Below, piece by piece: positions 47,078-57,216 of a DNA stretch of 64,000 bases. The notes beneath the pieces were generated by a model that saw nothing but the letters and a program-made list of their open reading frames with translations, made no database searches and was not told the origin of the DNA. The DNA is taken from contig JBGSTX010000025.1 in the NCBI GenBank assembly GCA_041736305.1, forward strand, positions 493 to 64,492. Reading direction: 5' to 3'. How positions within the stretch are numbered: position 1 is the stretch's first letter; every line of letters begins with the position of its first letter. The DNA is from Oligoflexus sp. GTDB lineage: Bacteria; Bdellovibrionota_B; Oligoflexia; Oligoflexales; Oligoflexaceae. The position numbers and the translations under genes are program-made.

Positions 47078-48017
47078 ACTGTATCTTTCTCGAGTCTATG
47101 ATGCTCCGGCCCGTTTAGTTTGGGCTGCATGGACTGATCCGAAGCAGGCTGCGCAGTGGTGGGGTCCTCGAGGATTTACCATCACTACCAAGAGCAAGGA
47201 TCTGCGTCCCGGCGGAAAATGGATCTACACCATGCATGGGCCGGACGGCGTTGACTACCCTAACATTGCGACCTATCTTGAAGTCGTTGAGGGCAAGCGC
47301 TTGGTCTATGATCATGGCGCGACCGAAACCACTCCTCCTCTCTTCCGTGTGACCGTGACCTTCGAAGAAAAGGCCGGCAAAACCCATATGGACATGACAA
47401 TGGCTCTCGAGACGGCCGAGGCCGCGACGCAGACCAAAAAATTCATCAAGGAAGCGTCTGGTAATTCCACCTGGGACCGCTTGGCAGAATATCTTGAGAA
47501 AAAGGATCATGACCGAGAGGTCTTCGTCATCAATCGCTCCTTCGAAGCGCCTGTTGAGCTGCTCTATGATATGTGGACGAAGCCCGAGCATTTCTCACGC
47601 TGGTTGCCGCCAACGGGTTTTGAGATGGAATTTCTGCGCATGGATCTCAGGGTAGGTGGACGTTCTTTCTTTAAGATGTTCAACGCCGGACTTAGCATGT
47701 ATGGCTCTATAACTTATAAAGAGATGAAAAAGCCTAGCCGGCTCATGTATGAGCAGGACTTCCGCGATTCCGAGGATCGCATATCGAGGCATCCTATGCT
47801 TCCAACATGGCCTCCGAGCATGATAGCAACGGTGACCTTTGCCGCCGAAGCCGATAACGAAACGCGCGTGACGGTTGAATGGCAGCCTTCGCCCGAGTCG
47901 ACTACAGAGGAAGTGGCTGTGTTTGTCGCACAGAAGCCTGGAATGACTATGGGATGGACTGGCTCGTTCGATAAGCTGGAAGAGCTCATAGTAAAATCAG
48001 TGGGCCGCAAGTTGTAA
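47052..48017 (+). CDS. Tandem double SRPBCC/Aha1-domain protein
   Basis: Two copies of the R.(Y/F).AP...(L/V)W.AWT.P......W pattern (RVYDAPARLVWAAWTDP..QWW and RSFEAPVELLYDMWTKPEHFSRW). A GTG start with an AAGGAAAA RBS overlaps the arsR end. Confidence 0.7.
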   Translation: MNVKRKANELYLSRVYDAPARLVWAAWTDPKQAAQWWGPRGFTITTKSKDLRPGGKWIYTMHGPDGVDYPNIATYLEVVEGKRLVYDHGATETTPPLFRVTVTFEEKAGKTHMDMTMALETAEAATQTKKFIKEASGNSTWDRLAEYLEKKDHDREVFVINRSFEAPVELLYDMWTKPEHFSRWLPPTGFEMEFLRMDLRVGGRSFFKMFNAGLSMYGSITYKEMKKPSRLMYEQDFRDSEDRISRHPMLPTWPPSMIATVTFAAEADNETRVTVEWQPSPESTTEEVAVFVAQKPGMTMGWTGSFDKLEELIVKSVGRKL

Positions 48018-48127
48018 TGCCGACTGCCGAAAGGAAGATTTTAGGTCCTGAGGCTGGCGATTTTAACTTTGTCTGTGCTCAAGAGCTGCGGCCATTCTAT
48101 GGGCGCAGCTTTGCATTTTCATAAACA

Positions 48128-49498
48128 TCAAAGCGATTTAAGAAAGCTCAGAAGATCCTGTCTTTGATTTTTCGAAAGATTTCGGTAAGCCACCTGTGAG
48201 GTCCGGGCTTCTCCATCATGCCAAAGAATAGCCTCTTCGATGCTGCGTGCACGGCCATCATGCAGGAAGCCACTTCGCGGTAAAACTGTATGAGTCAAGC
48301 CCAGTCCCCAGAGCGGCGGCGTTCGCCACTCCCGCCCCGACGCAAGATAATCGCGTCGATTGTCGGCTAAGCCTTCTCCCATATCGTGAAGAAGTAGATC
48401 TGTATAGGCATAGAATGTTTGCTTTTGCAGCGCGCGGATCGGGGTCAACGGATCGGTCTCTAGCTGTGGCCGGTGACAGGATGCGCAGAGCATCTCCTGA
48501 AAAAGTACTTCTCCTCTCTGCACCTCCGGACCTGAGCTGTTTATAGCCGCTGGAACACCGAGACTCTGCATATAGAAGGCGGTGTCGCCCAACTCCTTTA
48601 GACTAAGCTCAGCTTGGCCATCGGCCTCAGGAAAGTAGGAGTTGCTAAGTCCCATATCTTCGGCAAAAGCCGCCGCTGTTTGAGTGATAAGATCGGGAGC
48701 ACTCGCTTTCCAACCAAAGCGCCCTAGGCGAACAGTCTGCGTGCGTTCATCCCAGACGCGTTGAGCCCGCCCCGAAATTCCATTCTGATCGGCGTCATCT
48801 GGATCCTCCCAACTCAGGATCTCTCGATCAGCGACCGCTTCGAGAAGTCCAAGTCCAAAAATAGGCGGCGTCTGCCGCAAGGAGTAGGCCAGCTTCTGTG
48901 AGCCTGCATCAGAAGGCCCGCCCAGGACCACAAAAACTGGGCGTCGCAGTGAAACCGCGGTTCCATCACCGAGAACTGTGCTCTCTTCTTGCCAGCTTAG
49001 CTGCACCTTGGCCTCAGGCAGCTGCCCATAAACCCCAGAATCTTGAATCTGCAAACCAAAACCAGGAACCGGCGCAGGGCCTCGTAGAAGAGTCTCGAAG
49101 TCCGGAACTTGTTCATCTTCCAAACTCAAGCGAACCAGCATCTGCGAACGCAGCGTACCGCGTGCGCCGACGACAGGCATACCCCGTCCATTCTTGCTAT
49201 GACAACCCAGGCAGCTGGCGTTATTGAACAGTGGCCCCAGCCCAGGATTCAAGTCGGCCGGCGCACTGACAAAGTTCGTCTCAAAGAGCCGATCGCCAAC
49301 GATGTGCCTGTCCAATTCTTCCGTATCGAGATTGGCAGCAGGCAGAGTAAAAGCCCGCGAGCTGCGATTGTCGACGGTCGTGTCGCCGCCGGCTCGAGCT
49401 CGCGGTGCTGAGTTCCTTGAGCTAATCGTAGGGCTTCCTACTGCTACACCGAAGCTGAGGGATCCAATCATAGTCAGAATAAGAGTCGGGATGCGCAT
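48128..49498 (-). CDS. Di-heme cytochrome c peroxidase-like protein (DUF1111 / thiol oxidoreductase family)
   Basis: Signal peptide. Two CxxCH motifs (CLGCHS, CASCHR). GRFGWK block and C-terminal FLKSL. Confidence 0.75.
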   Translation of the reverse strand: MRIPTLILTMIGSLSFGVAVGSPTISSRNSAPRARAGGDTTVDNRSSRAFTLPAANLDTEELDRHIVGDRLFETNFVSAPADLNPGLGPLFNNASCLGCHSKNGRGMPVVGARGTLRSQMLVRLSLEDEQVPDFETLLRGPAPVPGFGLQIQDSGVYGQLPEAKVQLSWQEESTVLGDGTAVSLRRPVFVVLGGPSDAGSQKLAYSLRQTPPIFGLGLLEAVADREILSWEDPDDADQNGISGRAQRVWDERTQTVRLGRFGWKASAPDLITQTAAAFAEDMGLSNSYFPEADGQAELSLKELGDTAFYMQSLGVPAAINSSGPEVQRGEVLFQEMLCASCHRPQLETDPLTPIRALQKQTFYAYTDLLLHDMGEGLADNRRDYLASGREWRTPPLWGLGLTHTVLPRSGFLHDGRARSIEEAILWHDGEARTSQVAYRNLSKNQRQDLLSFLKSL

Positions 49499-49522
49499 AA
49501 TTCCTTCTTTAGGGCAGAGCTT

Positions 49523-50620
49523 TTATCGAGCCAAGTAGGCCCGGAGGTCCTGGTCCAAGCTCGCAAAAAGAGTTGAGGCCGATTGCTTGGCCATCGCGAC
49601 GAGATTTCTTCCCTCATCGTAACCTATTGCTGCGACGAAGGGCTGCGGAATTTTTTCTAGATCGACCTGAGTCTGATTGAGCGCCGCCAATATTTTCTGA
49701 TGAAGTGCAGAATCATCGGCCGTCACAAGAGCTGCTATGCTTGCTGCTTCTGGTTCAGGGCCTGTCCCTCCCATATAGACCATTCTAATCCCTTGCAAGT
49801 TGCTCAAAAAGTCTGCGAGGGAGTTATGGCTGAAGCGGCTTTCGACGAGGTTGGGGTCGCGGCTTTCGAGGGGCTCTCCCAGCTTGGTGAGAGCCAGCTC
49901 ATCGGCGATGCCGGCCATACCTTCGAGCAACTCTTGAAAAGCTGCCGTCTGGCTTGGATACGCTTCGTTCTCTGGAGCGCCTGCGGTTTTAAACGTTTCC
50001 GCAAAAGCTGGGGAACCTTCGGAACCTTCCGTCCAGCTGGAAAGAAGTAGGGCCGCGATCTCGACTTGATGCGTAGCAAGCGACTGCAAATAGCGATATT
50101 CGCTCTCTGTAAAGCTCTCGAGCTCCTTATCGTTGTTCAAGCCAAAGAGTAGATACTCCATCGCATGAAAACCTTTAAGAGCTGGATCGACCTCAAACAT
50201 ATCGAGCTGCTCCTGAGCTGCGAACTCAGGCAAGGCGCTGGCAAAAGCGCCCAGGTCGAGGGGCCAAGAGTCGAGGGCGGGATCGTAGCCAAGCGAGTCT
50301 ACAGGACCAAATAGAAAGGCTTCGCTCTGCTCCCATGGGGTACGCGAGGCTCGCCAGGCAGCGCGAGCCCTGTCGAGACTCGCCTGGTTTCGCTGCTGAA
50401 CATAAATAGAGATTTCTGCTGCCAGGGTCTCACTACTACTTTGCAGAGCGCGATACTGAGGCAGCACCAAATTCTCGACGAACTGCGAGAGAACGGCAGA
50501 TTTTTCTACTGCAAGGTCACGAACCGAAGAAGACGGCGCAACACCAACGCGATCAGTCGCATGCAGAGGAGACTGGGAATAGCTGAGAAAGCATAATGCC
50601 GCGAGAAGAGTTTTCTTCAT
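49523..50620 (-). CDS. Imelysin-family (peptidase M75 / IrpA-like) periplasmic protein
   Basis: Signal peptide. GFHAMEYLLFG is the imelysin HxxE helix motif. A second helical half has a similar layout. Confidence 0.7.
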   Translation of the reverse strand: MKKTLLAALCFLSYSQSPLHATDRVGVAPSSSVRDLAVEKSAVLSQFVENLVLPQYRALQSSSETLAAEISIYVQQRNQASLDRARAAWRASRTPWEQSEAFLFGPVDSLGYDPALDSWPLDLGAFASALPEFAAQEQLDMFEVDPALKGFHAMEYLLFGLNNDKELESFTESEYRYLQSLATHQVEIAALLLSSWTEGSEGSPAFAETFKTAGAPENEAYPSQTAAFQELLEGMAGIADELALTKLGEPLESRDPNLVESRFSHNSLADFLSNLQGIRMVYMGGTGPEPEAASIAALVTADDSALHQKILAALNQTQVDLEKIPQPFVAAIGYDEGRNLVAMAKQSASTLFASLDQDLRAYLAR

Positions 50621-50632
50621 AAATTTTGTTTC

Positions 50633-51976
50633 CTACTTAACAAGTGAATCGAGCAGCACAAGAGCAGCATCGTCTGATCCGCCTGGAGCACCTTTGATGC
50701 CGACAGCTACGACCTGACTCGCATCAGGAGCAACGGCCACGCCCCAGAGAAAGTCGCTAGGTCCACCAAGATCAAAAAGTTGCGTGCCCTTCGGCCCAAA
50801 ACTCTCGTCAGGAATACCGTTCTGATCGAGCACAGAAACCATACCTTGCGCATTATCAGCCGCCACGCGCCCGCCACCGATCAGCACCAGTCTGCCGTCA
50901 GGCAAGACAGTCATGTTGCGACCGTTGTCGTTGAAGCCAGCGGCATCGATGCGTGTATAGCCTCCCGAGGTTCCGTAAGAGGTATCCAGTTGTCCTTGAG
51001 CGTTGATCCGCATGGACAGAAAGTCGAGTGAACTATCACCAGCATTTTTTCCGTAACCAACGGTGACTAGAGAATCACCTTGGAGAGCTACCGCGTAAAT
51101 TTCCGAGGTATCGCTGAGGACGGCTTCTATAAAACTTCCATTTTTACCGTAGCTCAGGTCGAGAGTTCCAACTGCGTCTACCTTATAGACTACGGGCAAA
51201 ACCACTCCGTCGCGGCGCGTGTAGCCAGTGCCAAGTATGCTACCATCGGCCAAGACCAGAGGAACTTTGGGGCTTGCACCTAGTTGCTCGAGATCGTAGC
51301 TAGCCTTTCCGCCTTGACCAAAAGAACTATCGAGCTGGCCATTTTCATTGAAGCGGAGGAGTACAAAATCGTTATCCTGCGCACCTTCGCGGCCCTGCGC
51401 TGCGTGCACAATCAAGCGACCAGCCGCATCAAGGCTGATTCCACCGAGAGTATCGGCAAGGTAGAGTCCACCTTGAGAGCTGCTCGGGGCTAGATTTAAA
51501 ATCGCGACGCCTTGCTGTGCGAAGCTCTCATCGAGACGTCCGTCTGGAAGAATACGTGTAACAAAGAGATCTCGGTCACGAGGATCTAGCGCGCCTGGCT
51601 CTTCGAGAGCCCCTGCGACGATGAGTCGACCTTGCGAGTCTATCAGAATATTTCTAGCCCCTTCCGCATCGCCGGCGGCGATCAGATTCAGGGCTAAATA
51701 ACCGGTCGTGCCGAACGAAGTGTCGCGAGTACCATCCGCTTTGAATTTGGCGATAAGGGTCTTGCTATCGGGGCCATCAGCGAAGGAACCCACTGCATAA
51801 AAGCTGCCCGATGGATCGTAAGCGACCGCGTAAAGACGATCGTTGCCGTTGGGGGAAAAGGGAATAACCTCGGCAGAAAGCGCCGAAACTTGTGAAGAAA
51901 CTGCCAGGCCCAGTGCGAAAATGGCTCCCCGTGTTGCTTGTGATGGAGAAAAAGCAGAAGTAATCGACAAACGCAT
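50633..51976 (-). CDS. Secreted delta-60-repeat (beta-propeller-like) protein
   Basis: Six D-x-S-(F/Y)-G-x-x-G motifs (DTSFGTTG, DESFAQQG, DSSFGQGG, DLSYGKNG, DTSYGTSG, DESFGPKG) are spaced about 60 aa apart. Confidence 0.7.
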   Translation of the reverse strand: MRLSITSAFSPSQATRGAIFALGLAVSSQVSALSAEVIPFSPNGNDRLYAVAYDPSGSFYAVGSFADGPDSKTLIAKFKADGTRDTSFGTTGYLALNLIAAGDAEGARNILIDSQGRLIVAGALEEPGALDPRDRDLFVTRILPDGRLDESFAQQGVAILNLAPSSSQGGLYLADTLGGISLDAAGRLIVHAAQGREGAQDNDFVLLRFNENGQLDSSFGQGGKASYDLEQLGASPKVPLVLADGSILGTGYTRRDGVVLPVVYKVDAVGTLDLSYGKNGSFIEAVLSDTSEIYAVALQGDSLVTVGYGKNAGDSSLDFLSMRINAQGQLDTSYGTSGGYTRIDAAGFNDNGRNMTVLPDGRLVLIGGGRVAADNAQGMVSVLDQNGIPDESFGPKGTQLFDLGGPSDFLWGVAVAPDASQVVAVGIKGAPGGSDDAALVLLDSLVK

Positions 51977-52006
51977 GGCTAGACTCCGCCGCTATTGCGA
52001 AAAAGT

Positions 52007-52025
52007 GATAATAATATTCAATATC
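52007..52025. promoter_or_regulatory. Fur-box-like site upstream of the delta-60/imelysin/DUF1111 operon
   Basis: GATAATAATATTCAATATC matches the 19-bp Fur consensus GATAATGATAATCATTATC at 16 of 19 positions. It is 31 nt upstream of the start at 51976. Confidence 0.55.
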
Positions 52026-52191
52026 GAAATATGCGGCCGGTTGGATTCTGTCAAGCTTTTGTGCGAGAGCTCGTTATAATTTGCTACGAGTCGGATGGAA
52101 GTCACAGGACGTGTAAATTTCTACCGCTGGTGTTTTCATGGTAAAAAGTGAGTGGATAGCAAAATCAGAATAGTCAAGAAGAGGAGAAACG

Positions 52192-53475
52192 ATGCTGGGC
52201 GGGATTGCTAAAATTGTTGCACTGGATGAGGCTCTCGAGTTCATTGGCAATGGGTCGCGAGTCGTTACGGCCATGGCAGCGGCGGAGCCGCAGAGTCTCT
52301 TTGAGCGGATTGGCGAGCACTGTAAGTCTCTCCAAAACGTGACACTGCATTGTGCCAACCCGTCCAGGGACTATCCTTGTTTTTCCGACGACAGTCTGCT
52401 CGGTCGTCTCGACTTGCGAGTGATGTTTTTAACCCACCCTGTGCGTCGACGCCAGGGTCGAGGGCGTGTCCATTATGTTCCACAGCACCTATCGCATTGG
52501 GTTCGAAACCTCAGTCGTGAGCGGGATAAACTGGTTTTTTGGGGGAGCTGTACGCCTCCAGATGAGCGCGGTTTCGTTAGCTTAGGACCTGGAGCCTGCT
52601 ACGAGCCTGAGATTCTTCGTGCAGCTTGCGCCGTGATACTGGAGATCAATCCCAAGATGCCAGTCACGTCTGGCGCAACTCATGTACCCATCTCGTGGGT
52701 CACGGCCTTCGTCAACTCCCCACGCGCTTTGCCAGTGCTGTCTCGGTGTGAGCCAGATGCAACTGACCATCAAGTCGCTGCTCACGTCGCTGAACTTGTC
52801 GTGGATGAAAGCACAATTCAGCTTGGAATCGGTGGCATTCCCAATGCAATCGGTAGTGCCCTTGAGGGAAGGCGCGATCTCGGCGTTCACACCGAGATGA
52901 TTAACGACACCATCATGGACCTCTATCTGAAGGGCGTCGTAACCGGTCGAAAAAAATCTATCTGGCCTGGCAAAATTGTAGGTGCGTTCGCCTACGGCTC
53001 AAAAGAGCTTTATAGCTTCATCGACGCCCATCCTGCCATCGAACTTCAACCTGCTTCGGTCGTCAACGATCCCTATCGTATCGGGCGCAATCATCGGATG
53101 GTGTCGATTAACACGGCAGTAGAGATCGACTTAACTGGGCAGGTGTGTTCAGAATCAATTGGACACGAAGAGTTGAGTGGCGTCGGTGGTGCTGCCGAAA
53201 CTCATATTGGCGCTCAACGCTCGGACGGAGGACGCGGTATCGTTGCGCTGAGGAGTACAGCGAAGGATGGTAGCTCCAAAATTGTCTTTGAACTGAAGCC
53301 GGGAGCAAAAGTCAGCATTAGTCGTAACGACATTGATACAGTCGTCACTGAACATGGAGTGGCCACTCTCGCCGGACGCTCTGTCGCGGAACGTGTCCGA
53401 GCTCTTGTTGAAATCGCCGACCCTGCTGCAAGGGAAAAGCTTCTTGCACAGGCTCGGGCGGCTTCCTACCTTTGA
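52192..53475 (+). CDS. Acetyl-CoA hydrolase/transferase family protein (4-hydroxybutyrate CoA-transferase-like)
   Basis: Family-typical blocks LQLGIGGIPNA, HTEMI, INTAVEIDLTGQV.SE and SGVGGA. Confidence 0.75.
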   Translation: MLGGIAKIVALDEALEFIGNGSRVVTAMAAAEPQSLFERIGEHCKSLQNVTLHCANPSRDYPCFSDDSLLGRLDLRVMFLTHPVRRRQGRGRVHYVPQHLSHWVRNLSRERDKLVFWGSCTPPDERGFVSLGPGACYEPEILRAACAVILEINPKMPVTSGATHVPISWVTAFVNSPRALPVLSRCEPDATDHQVAAHVAELVVDESTIQLGIGGIPNAIGSALEGRRDLGVHTEMINDTIMDLYLKGVVTGRKKSIWPGKIVGAFAYGSKELYSFIDAHPAIELQPASVVNDPYRIGRNHRMVSINTAVEIDLTGQVCSESIGHEELSGVGGAAETHIGAQRSDGGRGIVALRSTAKDGSSKIVFELKPGAKVSISRNDIDTVVTEHGVATLAGRSVAERVRALVEIADPAAREKLLAQARAASYL

Positions 53476-53546
53476 TCCTTAGCTTCCCGCTTCATGTTCA
53501 AGCCTCACATTCGACGCAAATTCTAAGGGCTATTGTTACGAGTCCT

Positions 53547-54011
53547 TCATTTGCCGTCAAACGCTTTTTGCAGTTTGACGATGTCCAACTGTTTCATGCT
53601 CATCATCGCTTCCATCATACGAGCGACTTTGTCAGGATTCTTATCTGACGCCATCTTTAGGAATGCCGCAGGGACAATTTGCCAGCTAACATTCCACCGA
53701 TCCTTGAGCCAACCGCATTGGGACTCTGTGCCTCCGTTTTCGATGAATGCTTTCCATAGGCGATCAGCATCGGCATTGTCATCGCAGATAGCCATGATGG
53801 ATGCGGCCTCTGTTAGCTTAAAATGCGGCCCCCCATTGAGAAGCATTACCTCGTGCCCAGCGAGACTCAAGGTGACAGTCAGGGGTTTTCCACCCTGCAT
53901 TATTGTATTTGTCACCTTGGAATTCTTGATAAGCCCAACGTAAAACTCAGCCGCTTCCTCGGCCCCATTATCAAACCACAGGCAAGTTTGTACTTTAATG
54001 TTGGTACCCAT
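53547..54011 (-). CDS. VOC-superfamily protein of the PhnB / 3-demethylubiquinone-methyltransferase-like family
   Basis: VQTCLWFDNGAEEAAEFY, GHEVMLLNGGP and a C-terminal GWLKDRWNVSWQIVP are typical of this family. Confidence 0.65.
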   Translation of the reverse strand: MGTNIKVQTCLWFDNGAEEAAEFYVGLIKNSKVTNTIMQGGKPLTVTLSLAGHEVMLLNGGPHFKLTEAASIMAICDDNADADRLWKAFIENGGTESQCGWLKDRWNVSWQIVPAAFLKMASDKNPDKVARMMEAMMSMKQLDIVKLQKAFDGK

Positions 54012-54203
54012 AAATTCTCCTCAATGGCTAGTTTTACAAAATCTTTTCATCAAAAGAACCCAAGAACATACGTTCGATTTCAAGAGCGCAGCATCGATCT
54101 GTAGTCCTAAGATTAGATAATGAGATCTCCTGCCTCGTCAATATGCTATTCTGATTTTGATTTGATTTTTTGGCTTTCACTCTTAGCCTGCAAGAGCATT
54201 TGA

Positions 54204-56768
54204 ATGGCCCTAAACATCGAAGGTGAAGAAATAAGAAATAGTGGTTTTGTTCGCGTGCGGGGGGCGCGCGAGCACAACCTCAAGAATATAGATGTCGACA
54301 TACCCCGTGATGCTCTTGTCGCATTTACAGGAGTATCGGGCTCGGGAAAATCGTCTTTAGCCTTTGGCACCCTCTATGCCGAAGCCCAGAGGCGCTATTT
54401 AGAATCTGTATCTCCCTACGCACGCCGCTTATTCAATCAGATGTCAGTGCCCGAAGTCGACGAGATCGAAGGTTTGCCTCCGGCGGTGGCCTTGCAACAA
54501 CAGCGGGGGTCACCGAGCACCCGCTCCACAGTGGGCAGTGTGACGACTCTTTCTAATCTGCTGCGTATGCTCTACTCCAGGGCTGGAAATTATCCACCGA
54601 AGCAAGCGCTGCTCTATGCTGAAGCTTTTTCCCCCAATACTCCCGAAGGAGCCTGTCCTAATTGCCACGGACTGGGTCGCTTCTATGATGTGACTGAGCA
54701 ATCGATGGTCCCCGATGACAGTTTGAGCATAAGTGAACGTGCGATCGCCGCGTGGCCCCCTGCCTGGCACGGACAGAATCTTCGGGATATGCTGGTAACG
54801 CTTGGCTACGATATCGATAAGCCTTGGCGGGAGCTTTCCAAGCGGGATCGCGACTGGATTCTCTTTACCGATGATCAACCCGTAGTCCCGGTTTTCGCAG
54901 GGTTTACCAGCGCTGAAGTACGCAGAGCATTGAAGCGCAAAGAAGAACCTAGCTATCTCGGGAATTTCTCGAGTGCCCGGCGTTATGTTTTGCATACCTT
55001 CGCCAAGACTCAAAGCCCTCTGATGAAAAAGCGGGTGTCGCAGTATATGGTGAGCAGTGAATGCCCTCAATGCCAAGGTAAGCGTCTGCGCCGCGAGTCT
55101 TTGTCGGTCACCTTCGAGGGCTTCGACATTGCAGCGATCCAAGGCCTATCACTCAAACGATTGGCTGACATCTTTCGACCTTATACCCAAGATGCGGCAC
55201 AAGGCCTTAAAGAACTCGCAAAAAAGCATCCTGAGAAATATCTGGTTGCCCAGCGCATTGCTGAAGATTTGCTGAGTCGCCTACAGGTTCTACTCGATCT
55301 CGGGCTAGCTTACCTTTCTCTGGAACGCAGCACTCCGACCCTCTCGCCAGGAGAATTGCAACGCCTGCGCCTGGCAACTCAGGTACGCTCTAATCTCTTT
55401 GGGGTGGTGTATGTGCTCGACGAACCTTCGGCGGGTTTGCATCCTACTGACACGGAATCTTTGCTCAAAGCTCTGAAGCGATTGCAAGCTTCAGGCAACT
55501 CCTTGTTCGTTGTCGAACACGAGATCGATCTTATTCGTCATGCTGACTGGATTGTCGATGTCGGTCCAGCTGCTGGCCAGCATGGTGGTCAGGTGCTCTA
55601 TAGCGGTCCCCCAGAAGGTTTGCAAAAGATAGCAGCATCCAAAACCAGAGCCTACTTGTTTGATCGGCAGGTTCTGAGGCAAAGGCTCTGGCAGCGTCCC
55701 ACAAAATGGCTCAATTTGCAGGATATAAGCCGGAATAATCTGCGGGGAGTGAACGTAGCGTTCCCTCTGGGATCGCTGACCAGCGTCACCGGCGTTTCGG
55801 GCTCGGGCAAGTCGAGTTTGGTTAGTCAGGTCTTGGTGGAACTCGTGGCTGCTGCTCTCGGTCAGGATCTGCCTCTAGACGATGTCGAGGGCGAAGGGGA
55901 AGAATTGGAGCGCACGATTGTCGAAACTCTTGGAGGATCTATTGCAGGGGGCATGGAATCTATCAAGCGCCTGGTTCGGGTCGACCAGAAGCCTATCGGT
56001 CGAACTCCGCGTTCCAATCTTGCGACTTATACGGGACTCTTCGATCATGTGCGCAAATTATTTGCAGCCACAAAGATGGCTCGCGCTCGGCGCTATGATG
56101 CTGGGAGGTTTTCTTTTAACGTCGCCAAAGGGCGCTGCGAACATTGCGAAGGTGAAGGCTTTGTAATGGTCGAACTCTTGTTTTTGCCCAGTGTCTATGC
56201 GCCCTGCCCCAGCTGCCACGGTGCCCGCTATAATGCAAAAACCCTAGAAATAAAGTATCTGGATAAAAACATTGCCGAGGTTTTGCAAATGACCGTCGAC
56301 ACAGCGGCAGAATTTTTTGCTGATCATATTCAAGTGAACCGATCGCTGCAGATTTTGCGCGAAGTTGGACTCGGTTACCTACGTCTGGGCCAAGCAGCAA
56401 CAGAACTCTCTGGGGGGGAAGCACAGCGTATCAAACTAGCGAGTGAGTTACAAAGGACCCATCGAGGCGATACCCTCTACATTCTCGACGAACCGACTAC
56501 TGGCTTGCATCCGGATGATGTGGAAAAACTCATGATCCAATTGGATAAGTTGCTTGCCACGGGTAACACAGTGATCACGGTCGAGCACGACATGCGGGTC
56601 GTAGCTGCTAGCGATTGGGTGATAGATATGGGACCGGGCGCCGGGGACGAAGGCGGCAAGGTGGTCGCTACGGGATCTCCCCAGGAAATATCTCATGCAC
56701 CCCATAGTCAAACCGCAAGATTTCTAAAGCGCTTCCTCGAAAATTCAGATGTGATCCAGGTGCCATAG
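54204..56768 (+). CDS. UvrA paralog (class II UvrA-like ABC ATPase lacking the UvrB-binding domain)
   Basis: [33 protein letters not shown]. Two ABC modules and Zn modules ([16 protein letters not shown]...CPSCHGARY). After [22 protein letters not shown] the sequence runs directly into [17 protein letters not shown]. The roughly 130-aa UvrB-binding insert of canonical UvrA is therefore missing (854 aa total). Confidence 0.85.
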   Translation: MALNIEGEEIRNSGFVRVRGAREHNLKNIDVDIPRDALVAFTGVSGSGKSSLAFGTLYAEAQRRYLESVSPYARRLFNQMSVPEVDEIEGLPPAVALQQQRGSPSTRSTVGSVTTLSNLLRMLYSRAGNYPPKQALLYAEAFSPNTPEGACPNCHGLGRFYDVTEQSMVPDDSLSISERAIAAWPPAWHGQNLRDMLVTLGYDIDKPWRELSKRDRDWILFTDDQPVVPVFAGFTSAEVRRALKRKEEPSYLGNFSSARRYVLHTFAKTQSPLMKKRVSQYMVSSECPQCQGKRLRRESLSVTFEGFDIAAIQGLSLKRLADIFRPYTQDAAQGLKELAKKHPEKYLVAQRIAEDLLSRLQVLLDLGLAYLSLERSTPTLSPGELQRLRLATQVRSNLFGVVYVLDEPSAGLHPTDTESLLKALKRLQASGNSLFVVEHEIDLIRHADWIVDVGPAAGQHGGQVLYSGPPEGLQKIAASKTRAYLFDRQVLRQRLWQRPTKWLNLQDISRNNLRGVNVAFPLGSLTSVTGVSGSGKSSLVSQVLVELVAAALGQDLPLDDVEGEGEELERTIVETLGGSIAGGMESIKRLVRVDQKPIGRTPRSNLATYTGLFDHVRKLFAATKMARARRYDAGRFSFNVAKGRCEHCEGEGFVMVELLFLPSVYAPCPSCHGARYNAKTLEIKYLDKNIAEVLQMTVDTAAEFFADHIQVNRSLQILREVGLGYLRLGQAATELSGGEAQRIKLASELQRTHRGDTLYILDEPTTGLHPDDVEKLMIQLDKLLATGNTVITVEHDMRVVAASDWVIDMGPGAGDEGGKVVATGSPQEISHAPHSQTARFLKRFLENSDVIQVP

Positions 56769-56850
56769 ATCTTACGTTATCGCCTCACTCAAGAAGCCAG
56801 CAAAGCAGTTGCGGACTGCTTCGTGTCTTGCGCGAGGCTTAAGCAAGGAC

Positions 56851-57216
56851 TTACTTACACTTGAAACGCATTTGATACTGATAGCCTTCGCCTAGAACGG
56901 CGTCGCCTACCGTGGCTGTGCCACCGATGTCGGATTCTTTTTTACCACCGAAAATATAACCTGCGGTTCCCGCAACTTTCGCGACCTTCGTGACGGTCTT
57001 GCCAGTATTGTAGGTTGATTCTTCCATGCTACCGACGTACTGACTCGACTCGCTCACCTGGTAGGCCTTCTGTTTGAATTGATCACAGAAATGATTGGCT
57101 TGGCTCATACCGTCGTGAAAGCCCTCACCTTTTTCTTCCGTATTAAACTGCACCAAATGCAGTCCGTCTTCGGCGGGTCTGACATCACGATGATGGGCGC
57201 AGGAGGTCAGAAGCAT
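56851..57216 (-). CDS. Small lipoprotein-like protein (start codon uncertain)
   Basis: The ORF begins MLLTSC. The upstream in-frame sequence would encode LLKSIIPVF, completing a lipoprotein signal, but has no canonical start codon. Confidence 0.45.
   Translation of the reverse strand: MLLTSCAHHRDVRPAEDGLHLVQFNTEEKGEGFHDGMSQANHFCDQFKQKAYQVSESSQYVGSMEESTYNTGKTVTKVAKVAGTAGYIFGGKKESDIGGTATVGDAVLGEGYQYQMRFKCK

Noticed and set aside
54510-55142. 210-aa ORF antisense to the uvrA paralog. Similar long shadow ORFs occur at 10019-10501, 25329-25835, 30549-31049, 44065-44523, 47115-47591 and 15639-16037.
   Set aside because: Each lies entirely inside, and opposite to, a CDS with strong family motifs. 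The translations are Arg/Ser/Pro-rich and low in complexity, with no RBS. These are typical antisense frame artefacts.
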